Part shown: positions 37,531 to 50,525 of the stretch, piece by piece
Layout: each line of letters begins with the position of its first letter
Numbering within the stretch: position 1 is the first letter of the stretch
Assembly: GCF_001194135.2 (NCBI RefSeq)
Contig: NC_068982.1
Location: 163,355,699 to 163,419,698 of the forward strand
Source: Octopus bimaculoides
Lineage: Eukaryota
DNA length: 64,000 nt
Reading direction: 5' to 3'
The notes under the pieces: generated by a model
What the model was told of the DNA's origin: nothing
Database searches by the model: none
What the model saw: the letters and a program-made list of their open reading frames with translations, nothing else
Translations under genes and position numbers: made by a program

Positions 37531-40503
37531 TTTTTTACAACAACAATGATGATATTGACAGTGGCAACAACAACAATGATGATATTGACAGTGGCAACAA
37601 CAACAGCGACAATAAGAACAACAATAATATAAAATAAATGAATAGAAAATATATTTCAAACTGCAATAACGCTGTTACAACAGAAAATTTCTACTAAATA
37701 CATTTAAATTTCAAGACTTTTTAAAGAAGAAAAACAAAATTTTTCCATAAATATGATAACAAAGAAAATTAATTTTTTAAAGACAGTTTACTGTACTTTT
37801 TCATTTTTTAAATTTCTTTTTAAAAGATTGGTTTTAAAAGAATGGTTTTTAACCTTCTCTTAAATAAGACACACAAGATGTGAAAACAAGTCGCAATTTG
37901 TCTTTGTATAACATGTAAACGTGACCAGAAGACTGAAAGGTTGAGGCATGAAAATAACTGCTCCCTGCCAAGGCAATTGTAGGTTGTTTGTATAAACAAA
38001 TGAAATAAAGGATGAAGAGGGGTAAAAAGGAAGATATAAAATGTGATGTGTGTGTGCTTGAGATGGTACGCATACATACACACATATACACATGCATGTA
38101 CATGCTCAAAATTGCATTGTTATATATGTGTGTGTATGTATACACACACACACACATGCATGCATACATATGTGCATTATTTTTTGGTATGGTTGAAGAG
38201 ACAACATGATTTTGCGAAATTAAATTAACAGAAGCAATTTCAAGTAGAGAAAGAAAACAAGAAGGTGAGGTGGGGGTGGGGTGGGGGAGAGAGGAATGAA
38301 GTATTGAAGAATATCCATTTTGATTTCAAGATTGGGGATATTTGAATAATGGTTAGTAATCTAACTGTAAAGAATGGCCACATGCTGAATGAGACAGAAA
38401 CAAAGGGAGGAGAAAAGAGATATAAACGAGGCAAAAAAACAAAAAAAAACAAAAACAAAACAAAAACAAACAAAAAACTATATGAATAAAAGAAAAAAAA
38501 TTAATAAAAATTAAAACAATAGCTAACCCAATCAAACACCTATGATTAGTATAATTTCAAAAAAGAAAAACAAAACCAAAAACTCCCCAAAAACCCAAGA
38601 TAAAAAAAAAGAAAACAAAAATCCAAAAACAAAAATTCGGATAACTGCAAAAAATGGCAAAAGAAAAAGAAAGGGATAATGAAAGTAAAATTTTCACAAA
38701 GAAATGATGTATAGATATTTTGGCATTAGTAGAAGGAATTGATAAAGAAATGTATAAAAGTAAATATGTAAAATAAGATTAAAAACTAAAACAATTGCTT
38801 AGGAAAACAATTCTATATTGTTAGGTACCATTAACTTGTCAGAAATTACATTCTTCTTCAGAAAAATAATAATAATAAATAGCAAAACTCCTCCAAAAGA
38901 CACCAAATGAATAACACAAAAGTAAAAAGATAAAGTAAAAAAATAAAAAAAATAAAGTAAGTTATAGATTGGAAAATTTTCAAATGATCAGTTATAATTG
39001 TTGCCATAAAATCTCTGTTCCCTCTTTCTTCCCTGTTGTCTGTACATATTACACATACACACACACATGCATATATATGTATATGTATGCATGAATGCTT
39101 GCGTCTTCATGGAATTTCTGAAGGCAGGTGAGTGGAGAGTCTTGGTTTTAGATATAGTTCTCGGTTTTAGTTTTTTGATTTTTAGTTTTCAACAAGACAT
39201 CAAGTGCTTATGTTAAAGGACTGACATCTTTAATGTTGAAGCAATTCAAATGATGGCTCTGACAGACAGAAACATAAAATTGTGAAGTGGAAGAAAGCTA
39301 AAGATGGCGAGTAATGGCAGCATCGCCTGAAAGCTTACCATTAATGCTAAGTTGGTGGCAGTAATGAAAAATTGTCAAATAAGTCTTAACTGAAAACACT
39401 CCACATGTGTGCTGATGTTGATGATGGGGTAGGATACTGGGATAGAATATTCTATAAAAGGAACTCTATAATATTCAGATGGTTGGGTCACACATGTTAT
39501 ACAGTGAGTTGAAAAACTTTGATCGACTGAGAATATCCAAGTAATTAGTAGGCAAAATCTTCTAGGTGAGTTAAAAATCTTAAAAACAAACAAACAAGAA
39601 GAGAATAATGTCTATTGCTTTCACCAGGTACACTTTAACAATGAATTCATTCCAATCTCCATTGTCAATAGCATTCAAAATTTTTATCAACTTATTGGAG
39701 TTGTTTCCCTTGCTTGAGTCTTGATTTTAAACATCTCTTGAGGAAGTTTTTCAATTCACTATTTTTACATATGTAAACATCTAGTATCCAGAATGCTCCT
39801 CTGAAGTATTTTCACAGCCTAGTTGTTAATAGCCATAATCAGTGTCACTACACTTCCTTTCTTTCTGTATATATTGATCACTCCTTGTCTTGTTGACTAA
39901 GTAAAATTTATTTTGTTGAGGCCTTATAACACTGAAACATGTCTGTTGTTCTCATTAATTGTCTTTAAAGACCAAACCATTCCAATTTGCACAATGTGTA
40001 TTTGTTCAAAAGTTTTGCTCAACCAAGCTTATTGGAATTCTATCTTTTAATTTTTTTATTTAGATGCTAAGCACATCTAGAGGTAAATTGATTACTTCAG
40101 TTATCTCAGTTAATCAAAGTTTTCTAACTAACTGTATTACATATCAAGATGCTACTGCATCTGTATTTTCTCTTGGTCATACATTTCACTACAGTATTCT
40201 AACTACACAGAATATTTCACCAATGTGATTCATAGTGCAGGAGCTATTGTATAGTCATCATGATCTCCTAAAAATAGAAGAAAAGAAAAAAAAAAACTTT
40301 TTCAAACCACATCCCATCATCTTTAATAAACAATGTAGTCGCAGATATACAAAAATGCAGCATGGTTATAACTGGAATGCCACTGAGCATGGTTCTGCTC
40401 AATCAGGATAGACCTGGGGTTAAGCAATAACAGCTGTTCAGGTTAACCTTATTCTATCAAACCAACCAAACCAAAATGTTAGTTCATAAGCCAATTTTTT
40501 CAG

Positions 40504-40854
40504 GTGCAGGCATGGCTGTGTGATAAGAAGTTTGCTTCCTAATGACATAGTTCTGGGTTTGGACCTACTGTGAGACAGCTGGGTGTCTTCTACTATAGCC
40601 TTGGGTATGGTAGTACATACACACATATATATAAACATGCATACATCATACACACGCACAAGTACACACACACACACACACACACGCACATGCACATTGC
40701 CCATGCGGTGCCATGTAAAAGCATCCATCACACTCTGTAAAGTGGTTAGTGTCTTATGCAGCCCCTCCACCACTGGCTTGCCAGCTCTGGTCAAACTGTC
40801 CAAAATATGCCAGTATGGACAACGAACATTAAATGATGATGATGATGATGATGA

Positions 40855-40858
<4 letters not shown>
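40504..40858 (+). mobile_element. SINE head, microsatellite and RTE-type 3' tail
   Basis: gcaggcatggctgtgtgataagaagtttgcttcc head (also about 1705, 27345, 44540, 46770, and reversed at 54330-54480 and 59510-59660); tail ccaaaatatgccagtatggacaacgaacattaaatgatgatg matches the LINE end at 20392. Confidence 0.55.
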
Positions 40859-40889
<31 letters not shown>

Positions 40890-41452
40890 CCTCCCTCCTC
40901 TCACATGAACAATATGCTTCTTCATTTCAGCTTCCGTAATTTTTGGAACACTCAAACATTTTTTGGAATTTTAAAAATNNNNNNNNNNNNNNNNNNNNNN
41001 NNNNNNNNNNNNNNNNNNNNNNNNNNNNNNNNNNNNNNNNNNNNNNNNNNNNNNNNNNNNNNNNNNNNNNNNNNNNNNNNNNNNNNNNNNNNNNNNNNNN
41101 NNNNNNNNNNNNNNNNNNNNNNNNNNNNNNNNNNNNNNNNNNNNNNNNNNNNNNNNNNNNNNNNNNNNNNNNNNNNNNNNNNNNNNNNNNNNNNNNNNNN
41201 NNNNNNNNNNNNNNNNNNNNNNNNNNNNNNNNNNNNNNNNNNNNNNNNNNNNNNNNNNNNNNNNNNNNNNNNNNNNNNNNNNNNNNNNNNNNNNNNNNNN
41301 NNNNNNNNNNNNNNNNNNNNNNNNNNNNNNNNNNNNNNNNNNNNNNNNNNNNNNNNNNNNNNNNNNNNNNNNNNNNNNNNNNNNNNNNNNNNNNNNNNNN
41401 NNNNNNNNNNNNNNNNNNNNNNNNNNNNNNNNNNNNNNNNNNNNNNNNNNNN

Positions 41453-42135
41453 ATGTTTTCTACAAGGAAGTACAAAATGAAGAAAATAATATATAAAAAA
41501 ATAAATATACCAATATATTATATTGTCTTTGAGCTTTTGAAGTTCAATGTTAATTCATGTATATAATGGTTGGAAAAATAAGGATGCATGAGAATTGAGA
41601 ATAGTGTTAGGTTTAAAAGAAGGGTTAAAACTTTGTGTTAAGCAGGAAGTGTGGTGTCAAAACAGGAAGTGTGTGTAAGGGGAGACAAATGTTTTTAGTT
41701 GGAGTTATGAACTCTTTTTCAACAGGAAGTTTATGTCTGTTCCTAGAGAAATAAGGTCACTGAGGGGTATGTGTGTTAAAAAATGGTTGGAATTTCTTAA
41801 CACACATACCCCTCAGACATAAACTTCCTGTTGAAAAAGAGTTCATAACTCCAATTAAAAACATTTGTCTCCCTTTACACACACTTCCTGTTTTGACACC
41901 ACACTTCCTGCTTAACACAAACTTTTAACCCTTTTTTTAAACCTAACACAACTCTCAATGCTCATGCATCCTTATTTTCCAACCATTATATACATGAATT
42001 ATCATTGAACTTCAAAAGCTCAAAGACAATATAATCTATTGGTATATTTATTTTTTTATATATTATTTTTTTTAATATATTATTATTTTTTATAAATATT
42101 ATTTTCTTCATTTTGTACTTCCTTGTGAAAAACAT
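41453..42135. repeat. Long fold-back palindrome, about 330 bp arms, loop near 41785-41791
   Basis: Arms are reverse complements with scattered substitutions; extra 23 nt in the left arm (41740-41762) and extra AT-rich bases in the right arm; left end runs into an N gap. Confidence 0.92.
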
Positions 42136-42339
42136 TTTCATTCTCCCTCTTCTTGAAAATTTGCTTCGCAATGAAAGCCGGTTAGAAATCTTTATTAAAA
42201 TATGCTTCCAGTTTAGCATTCTGCCTTATTATTATTTTTCCTTTTCCTATTATTTCTCCACGTGCGGTTAACACAACCCCACTATTTACTGATTTGTATA
42301 TATATATATATATATCTATGAATAAATATATATATATAT

Positions 42340-43105
42340 AAATGGAGTTAAATGCAGGTATTATTCAAATTCTTTTACTCCGGACACATGTTTCGAAGAT
42401 ATCACTGGTATTATTCCAAAGGAACAAAATGGTGTAAAACAATGTAATCTTCTCTTCAGGGAAATGAAGAAATGAAACTCGTCAATAAGACATTTTAAAA
42501 GAAAATGATGGATATGTATAGTGATTAACTGAATGTTATTAAGTTTGTTTTAAAAAAAACGTTAGAGGATATAATGTCAAAGGTAGCCTATAGAAAGCGG
42601 AGGGGTAAAAGAAGGAAAAAAACCAAATAAATGAGAAGTATATAACGATATGTATATTCTTGGAAAAAGATATATCTAGTGAATGTGAAATGTAAGAAAA
42701 AAATTAATGCTTAAATTATATATAATGATAGATATCACTTATATGAACTAAAGGTGTGTTTCTGCCAATATTTACATCTGTATGCACACTCTATAACCGT
42801 GTTTACAAGGGAATTTTAGAAAAAAGAATAAAAAATAGTTCAGAATTAGAGAAGACAGAATTCCTTGCCTTTATCATAAGGTACCGAAACTGAGAGAATC
42901 AACCAATCTAAATTAAATTGTTTGTTATTGTCTTTTAGATACCAAATTAATTTACTAAGCCCTGTACTGTTACGTTTATTCTTTTAGATAACTGAGAAGA
43001 TGAGCTGCCTATATAAAAAAAATGCTTTATTACCAGAATTAATTTTACACTGGTATATAGAATGCTGACTCATTCTAACAACATGACTAATTGAACATAT
43101 TAATA
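42340..43105 (-). mobile_element. Penelope-like element 3' end: GIY-YIG endonuclease remnant and terminal repeat with hammerhead
   Basis: Reverse complement reads SIYQCKIN..YIGSSSSQLSKRI..KRNSTGLSKLIWYLKDNNKQFNLDWLIL..PYDKGKEFCLL..SLVN..CAYRCKYWQK (stop 42735-42737) with frameshifts; hammerhead at 42377-42466; continues into N gap. Confidence 0.8.
42377..42466 (-). ncRNA. Penelope-associated type I hammerhead ribozyme with intact core
   Basis: CTGAAGA (42459-42453), stem II GAAGAT/ATCTTC around a 46-nt loop, GAAA, CATGTGTC; predicted cleavage after C at 42383; stem I weak with a C-C mismatch next to the site. Confidence 0.65.
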
Positions 43106-45264
43106 NNNNNNNNNNNNNNNNNNNNNNNNNNNNNNNNNNNNNNNNNNNNNNNNNNNNNNNNNNNNNNNNNNNNNNNNNNNNNNNNNNNNNNNNNNNNNNN
43201 NNNNNNNNNNNNNNNNNNNNNNNNNNNNNNNNNNNNNNNNNNNNNNNNNNNNNNNNNNNNNNNNNNNNNNNNNNNNNNNNNNNNNNNNNNNNNNNNNNNN
43301 NNNNNNNNNNNNNNNNNNNNNNNNNNNNNNNNNNNNNNNNNNNNNNNNNNNNNNNNNNNNNNNNNNNNNNNNNNNNNNNNNNNNNNNNNNNNNNNNNNNN
43401 NNNNNNNNNNNNNNNNNNNNNNNNNNNNNNNNNNNNNNNNNNNNNNNNNNNNNNNNNNNNNNNNNNNNNNNNNNNNNNNNNNNNNNNNNNNNNNNNNNNN
43501 NNNNNNNNNNNNNNNNNNNNNNNNNNNNNNNNNNNNNNNNNNNNNNNNNNNNNNNNNNNNNNNNNNNNNNNNNNNNNNNNNNNNNNNNNNNNNNNNNNNN
43601 NNNNNNNNNNNNNNNNNNNNNNNNNNNNNNNNNNNNNNNNNNNNNNCCCACCTACTCATGACAAAGGCCAATAAAGATGCCACTAAGTGGTTGTTCAACC
43701 TACAAGAAGTAGCAGCTGCATGTCCCTGATATCAGATTCTATTGATTTATAAAAAAAAGACCCATTAGATAATGATATAGTTCAGTAAGGATATGTATAA
43801 GATGAGTTGGTCATTGTGGGAACAACTTTTATCATTGATTTTCTTGTTCAAAACTGAACTTTGGCTGAAAGACAAACAACATAATACATAACAGGCACAT
43901 ACATACACACATACTAAGAAAATCAAGCCACATGATTTGAGTCTTGAATACATGCTGACTGACCCAGTTTAACATGCTATAAAGCTGACATGTGGACCCT
44001 CTCAGTCTAATTAAATAATCAATAACTTTAATATAGATGGCATTGCAGAATGTATATAGGTATATAGTATAAAGCAGAAAAGAGAGGGGAGAAGGAGAGA
44101 GAGAGAGAGAGAGATAGAGAGATAGAGAAATGAGAGAGAAGGCAAGAAAAAAAGAGTCTTAGAGGGCAACAAGCACAAAAACCACATAATGATATATACA
44201 AACACAATGTAATACGTGTGTGTGTGTGCGTGTGTGTGTGAAAGGTATTGCATATACAAATCATGTATATGAGAGTTAGAGTAAGCGAGAGAGAGATCCA
44301 GAAAGCAGTATAACCTCTCACTCTCATACACTAAGGCTTGTGCAAACCCACATACATATAAAAAAAAGCTACACAAGGCATCCATATAAACACACGCACA
44401 CACACACACACTGTTTAAATTAAAACATTCCTGTGAATAAAGAATCTTTGATTTTCAGAATTTCTAGCAGAACATATTGGTTTCTTACTGAAGCATGACA
44501 CCAATTTTTGTAAGGTCTATAAATATAAACAGGTACAGCTATCTATGGGAGTTTAGTTAATGAATTTGCTTTGCAACCATGTGGAGACAGAGCCAATGTA
44601 CATAGTAGCACCTTAGGCAAGTGTCTTCTACCATAGCTTTGATGCAACCAATTCTTTGTAACTGGAATTTGGCAGATGGAAGCTATACAAAAGACACTTG
44701 TAGGTATATAGATGTGTGTGTGTGTTCTCTATCTCTGTCTCTCTATCTATAAAGTTGAATTAGGTACTAAAATTGAGGCACCTCATTAGGTCAGAATAAT
44801 ATACACACAACAATATTATGTAAATATCAAACCTGGTACATAAGTACCAGCTGAATGATATTCGTGCAGTGTATGTGGACAATTAAACCTAGTTGAGTAA
44901 AGAAATCCACTCTAGAGTTATTCAAACATGTACATTATATTAAATATACAGTCCATAATATTTACGAAGGGTAGGTATCGATCCATTACGACCATTTCTA
45001 ATGACTCCTTTAATTGATTAATGAAAACATTACATCATTGTAAAGAAACTGTTTTTGTTAGATGAATTCATGAACTTCCAAATTAAGGACATTCAAAATG
45101 ATTTAACATAGTTTAAAATACATGGAGCAAAACATTTTCAGTGATTCTGCTACTATTTCAGTTGACAGAATAGATTTGCCATTTCGTCATAAAGTGTATT
45201 ACTCTACCTCTGGTATTCGAGTACTATTTTTTCCACCTTGTTTTACATTTATGTGCTTACTCTG

Positions 45265-45314
<50 letters not shown>

Positions 45315-46475
45315 TGTGTACTCAGGAAGATATGTCCTCCACAGCAGAAGTGTTAAGGCCTTTCACTTTGAAGAAATTTGAACAATAGATATAAGATACA
45401 AGTTAAAAAAGATTCCCAATAATTCAACTTCCCTGTTTGACATTAAGACACTTCCTAATAGGGGCCTTAACTCCCACATTTTAGAGCTCCATGTGCTCCA
45501 TTTTTCAGGAACAAAAACCTTTGAATAGGTTTTATAAGACTTGGATTTTGGAATTTGAGAATAAAGATGAGTAGTGTGGGATAAATATGTCATGATTAGA
45601 ATTTTTGTTAGAGTGTGTAAAGAGGGAAAGAAGCCTCATTAAAATTCTTAATCCCCACTTTTGATGAAATTCAAAACATAAGTATTCCATTCATGAGAAA
45701 AAATTTAAAAGAAAAGTCTAATTCTTCAATTCCATGTGACACAGGCAACACCAGATATCTCTGCTAGTATTATATATATATATATATATATATCTGTATG
45801 TCTACTATTTTGTTTTATCAGACACTTTTCGTCAAACCATTAAACTAAATTTCTGGACATAGGGAGACATAAACAACACTGGCTTTTTTACTTTGTTGTA
45901 AACATGTTCACGCACTCTCACATATATTTTTACATGTGCAATGCATATATGTGTGTGTGTTTGTAAACACATGCACACACACACACACACATACATATAC
46001 ACATATACGTATGTACATATATTACAACTATTGGGTTCACTGCCACTGTGGATCATCAGCTAATGATATTTATTTACTTTGAATGAAGAAGGAATAATAT
46101 CAGTAAGGGATGATTTGCAGAGATGACAAAACCAAAAGCTACAAAGAAATCAATGGTTAATACTGCATCATCATCATCATCATCCTTTTTATGTCCATTT
46201 TCCCTGCTGGCATGGGTAAGAAGATTTGACCAGAGCTGGCAAGCAGGAGTGTTGCACCAGGTTCCAGTCTGATTGGCTTTGGTTTCTACACCTGGATGCT
46301 TTTACCATGGCACTTGTATGAGTGCTTTTATGTGGTGCCTGTGCAAATGCTTTTCATGTGGCACCAGCATGAGTGCTTTTTACGTGGCACCAGCACAGGG
46401 CACTTGCAGGCCAATCCTGTGAAGAATATACTTTGAAGTGTATATTGTGCTAGGGGCATAGCTTTTGTGTGCATA

Positions 46476-46699
46476 ATATCGGTTTTAAATTGCTGGCACA
46501 AAGCCAGCAATTTCAGGGGAGTGGGCAAGTTGATTACATTAACCCCCACCAGTATTCTGCTGGTAGTAACTTAATTAACCCCAAAAGGACGAGAGGTAAA
46601 GTCGACCTTGGTGAAATTTGAACACAGAATGTAAAAACAGATGAAATGCTGCTAAGCATTTTGCCTGGTGTGTTAACAGTTCTGCCAGCTCACCATCTT
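46476..46699 (-). mobile_element. tRNA-derived SINE, near full length
   Basis: Colinear with the reverse complement of 52893-53110, ending ttctgccagctcaccatctt. Confidence 0.8.
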
Positions 46700-47161
46700 T
46701 TTTTTTTTTTATGTGCACAATATTAGCTGTTGTGCACATAATGTTGTTCACATTATGAATACAAAGTTGTAGGCTTGTGCTTAAGCAGTTTGCTTTGCTG
46801 CAGCTATGTGGTTTCAGGTTCAATTCTATTCTATAGCGCAATATCTCGATCAAGTATCTTCATATCTTCAACCAAAGCCTAGCTTAATGTAAAACTATGT
46901 CAGAAAACATTTGACAATGGTAGATGGAAACTGTGTAGAAGCCTATTGGAGGAAATATTTCTGCTTTTGGATGGTAGGCTTAATCTGTAATGAAATTTAA
47001 CATCACCTGGCTCTTGGATGTCTATAACAGAGTCCCTTTGCAAGTCTTCTGGTCAGGTTTCCTGTTTGAGGATAACTTTTACCCTTCTTCCAACCAGTCA
47101 TGAAAGCCCTGAAAAGGACCATGAGTATGCTGCTTTCTTCATCTGACTAAGCCATTAGTAA

Positions 47162-47590
47162 CTTTCTAATTTAGGCAAAGAGCCACAAATTTTAGGGGAG
47201 GGATTACACAATTATATATCAACTCTAGTATTTGACTGGTACTTTGTTTTATCAATACCAGAAGGATGAAACGTGAAGATGACCATGACAAAATTTAACC
47301 CTTCAGCATTGAGATTACTCAGTCCAACGTAATGCTTATGTATTCACATTGTTTTGAATGCATTATTTCATAGCTTTGAGATTTCGATGATGTGATTGTT
47401 TATTTTTAGAGTGACACTTTAGGGTAGGTGTGAGAGGGTGGATCTAACCTGTATGGATATAAAACAGGTAGAATATTTGGGCTGGATATGGCCGGTTTAA
47501 ATGCTAGAGCGAAAAACTCAAGATGTAAAGAGCTGAAACAAATACTGTAAGGCATTTTGCTTGATGCTCTGAAGATTCTGCTAATTTACC
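47162..47590 (-). mobile_element. SINE interrupted by a TTAA MITE
   Basis: SINE sequence 47162-47298 resumes at about 47512 (aactcaagatgtaaag); the split falls in the aatttgaactc motif. Confidence 0.65.
47295..47515. mobile_element. piggyBac-like MITE, second family
   Basis: TTAA|CCCTTCAGCATT at left; AATGCTAGAGCG|AAAA at right, a decayed AATGCT(A/G)AAGGG|TTAA. Confidence 0.55.
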
Positions 47591-49129
47591 ACTCTGACAC
47601 CATTAATAATAAAGAAAGATAATAGTATTTTGTTTTGCAACCATAATATATTACCAAATATATTAAAGGTTTACAAGTTAATACTGAGCCTTACTTTTGT
47701 GTTAGCAGTGTGTGGTTCTCGTTTCTTTGTAGTGTAATATGTTCTCATTTTTAAGTTTATCTCTACAGATTTTCTATACAATTCAGAGCCATCTTGGAAA
47801 GTTATGACATTTCCTATATGGATACAAATATGAATCCAAATATATACTGTTATATATCTAGATTATATGTCTCTATCATGTAACTTAGATTGTGAGTTTC
47901 TCTTACATTAAAAGTAAATTGTGCTATCATATAAATGTGGTATGTACAATGTAAGCACATAATACTACATTATGCATATAAAGTTTGTGTAGATATTAGA
48001 TATATAATACTGATGAGTATAGATGAGTGTGATGATGTAATACCATTTCCAGTAAAGTAAGGATGAACAACACCAGGTGTTTAGATTATAACTACATTAG
48101 TATTAATCATATAAACTGTGGACAGAGATGGGTTACTGCTATAGACTACAAAGTGTATGTGTGTTATACAGTGCTGCATATAATCTGCAAGAGCACAACA
48201 ATATCAGGTGTGTAGACTGTAGCTAAAATTATATGAAGCACATAAACTGTGGTTATGCATTTAGTTACAAACCTTAAGAATAAATATATACAAAAATGTA
48301 GAAAATGTGGTTATACAATACCCAGTTTATAGGTTTTGGGTGTAGATTCTAACAGGTGTGACCAAATGATGAACTTACCTATAGAATAAAAAAGAAAAGA
48401 AAAAAATTAGAAAAGTCCAAGAAAAAATCCAATTAAATTATAGATATGAAATTCAATTAAATCATAGATATAAAAATCATAAAATTGTTGCTAGGACAGG
48501 AAAGAAAGAACAGGTCAGTGGAAATATTTCATGAGGTTAAACACACACACACACACACCCACCCACTGGAAATGGATGCACTAGATGTGCAAAAAGCTAC
48601 TGTAAGGTTGAATCTCTTGATCCTATCCCTGTTAAATTACCACTGCTCCATGATGATGTAAAGGAACATGCAACCAGTACAGGACTATTAGGTAATATGA
48701 AGAGCACATGAAGTATGAGAGAGAAATATAAAGCATAAACAGGTAGGTACACATATACACACTTAAATCAGAAGATGTGTCAGAGATTGAGCAATATTAC
48801 TTAGGTCAATATAGAATATAGTAGAAAAATGTGCATTAGAAGCGAAAGGGGGAGATAAAGAGAAAAGCAGCACCTAAATAAACTACAGTAGGTACTTGTG
48901 TTTTATGGAGCATAGAATTGATTTCAAAGTGAAATCTAATCTGCTTACAAATTAAGCAAAACTTTAGAGTTTAGTTGTGACAAAATTTTCTCTCTCTCTC
49001 TCTTATTCTCTCAGTTTCTTTCTGTTTTTCTGTCACTTATTCATTCACTCATACCCAAATATACACTTCATTTAGTTTATTAAATCTTTCGCTTTGTAAA
49101 CAAAATAAACAAAAGTGATCAAGTGGAAA

Positions 49130-49450
49130 ATGGTAAACCATTCAAAGCCAGGCTCAGTGATTAGGTTGGAAAATCCCTTAAAGCAATTTCTTCATGGATA
49201 CATATATGCTTCTTTCTTCTTCTCAGATTAAGTATTATATTTTACAAGTTCTTCCTTAAGATTAAAATTTAATCATTACTAATTCTTTCACTCAACATCT
49301 TGAAGTCTACATTGCCTTATGCTGTTTTGGCTGTCAATGTTTTTCTATAGTATTTAGATGTTTAATGGAGTGTGGCCTTTTAACATAATGCCCAATCCAT
49401 TTCCTGGAAGCTCTGCACCATAACCCCTTCCCCAATGAAAAGCATACATT
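49130..49450 (-). mobile_element. Possible very old Tc1-like transposase remnant
   Basis: Reverse complement has gggaaggggttatggtg..ggaaatggattgggc, resembling GGG-VMVWG-F--NG-G; the rest is barely alignable. Confidence 0.25.
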
Positions 49451-49916
49451 GCTTCTTACTTAAAAACCTATTCTTACTATGATACCTATTTACCAACAAA
49501 GAATCCTCTATATGACCAGCTAGAAATAGTGACCAAACAACCCTCAAATTGTATCTTACAGTCTTAAAGCAAAAATTTCAAGGACAATCAGATATACAAA
49601 AAGATAAGATGTTCATGATTGACTGCTTTAATTTATAGATAGAGTTGCCTGAACAGGACGGAATCTGTTTTGAAAAGTCTTGGATATGACAATGGTATAT
49701 GGACCATTAAAACATCCTGATGGATTTCTCAGCACAACTAAGTAATATAAGCACACAGATGTGTCTTGCTGTACCGAAAGAAATATGTGAGAAAAAAAAT
49801 TGACCCTCCCCCACAAAAAGAAAAACAAAAAAAACCCAAAACAAAAAAAAGAAACCACAGGCTTTAAGACATTCTTAATTGAATAAAGATGGTCAAAGTT
49901 GACTATGTATGTATGC

Positions 49917-49999
<83 letters not shown>

Positions 50000-50525
50000 A
50001 GATAAGTAGAGAAAAAGAATGCTGAAAAGGATTTAGTCTGGTGTTCTACTCCTATAAAAATTAACATTCCAGGCTCAATATCCTGATTACTTACTGAAGA
50101 CAGCTACTGAAGAAATAGCCTATGTTAGTGTCAGATAGAATCCTACTTCTATTTTATAACTTGCACTTATTTAATTGACCCTCCAGAGATGAAAGACAAA
50201 GTTGACGTGATTCTACCATTTCTTCAAACTCACTGACATACAAAATGACTATTAACAATTACATCTGTCCAAGCACACAGTCAGTTTTTGGTAAGGAGGT
50301 CATGTAGTTGATTGAATCTTATTCTTGCTTTTTATTGATTTCTGAGAGAAGTACAAGTAACTGACTGGTGCATATTTTAATAAACCTCAGAAGGACGAAA
50401 GGTAAAGTCGAACTTGGTAGGATCTGAACTCAGATTCCAGTGTATTATTGCTATATATTTTTACAAAACACAGTTGTGATATAAGATAAAGTTGTAGAGG
50501 GTTGAAAGTTAATAGCATGAAGCAT

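Noticed and set aside
37538-37605. Perfect 30-bp tandem duplication
   Set aside because: Ordinary slippage product next to (CAA)n
44800-45260. CpG-retaining unique segment with TAATTG/TGATTAAT motifs as a possible enhancer
   Set aside because: Such motifs are common in AT-rich DNA and no conservation data are available
48070-48360. Weak periodicity of about 130 bp (caggtgt.taga.t.ta.cta..ataaactgtgg)
   Set aside because: Only two convincing copies in low-complexity sequence
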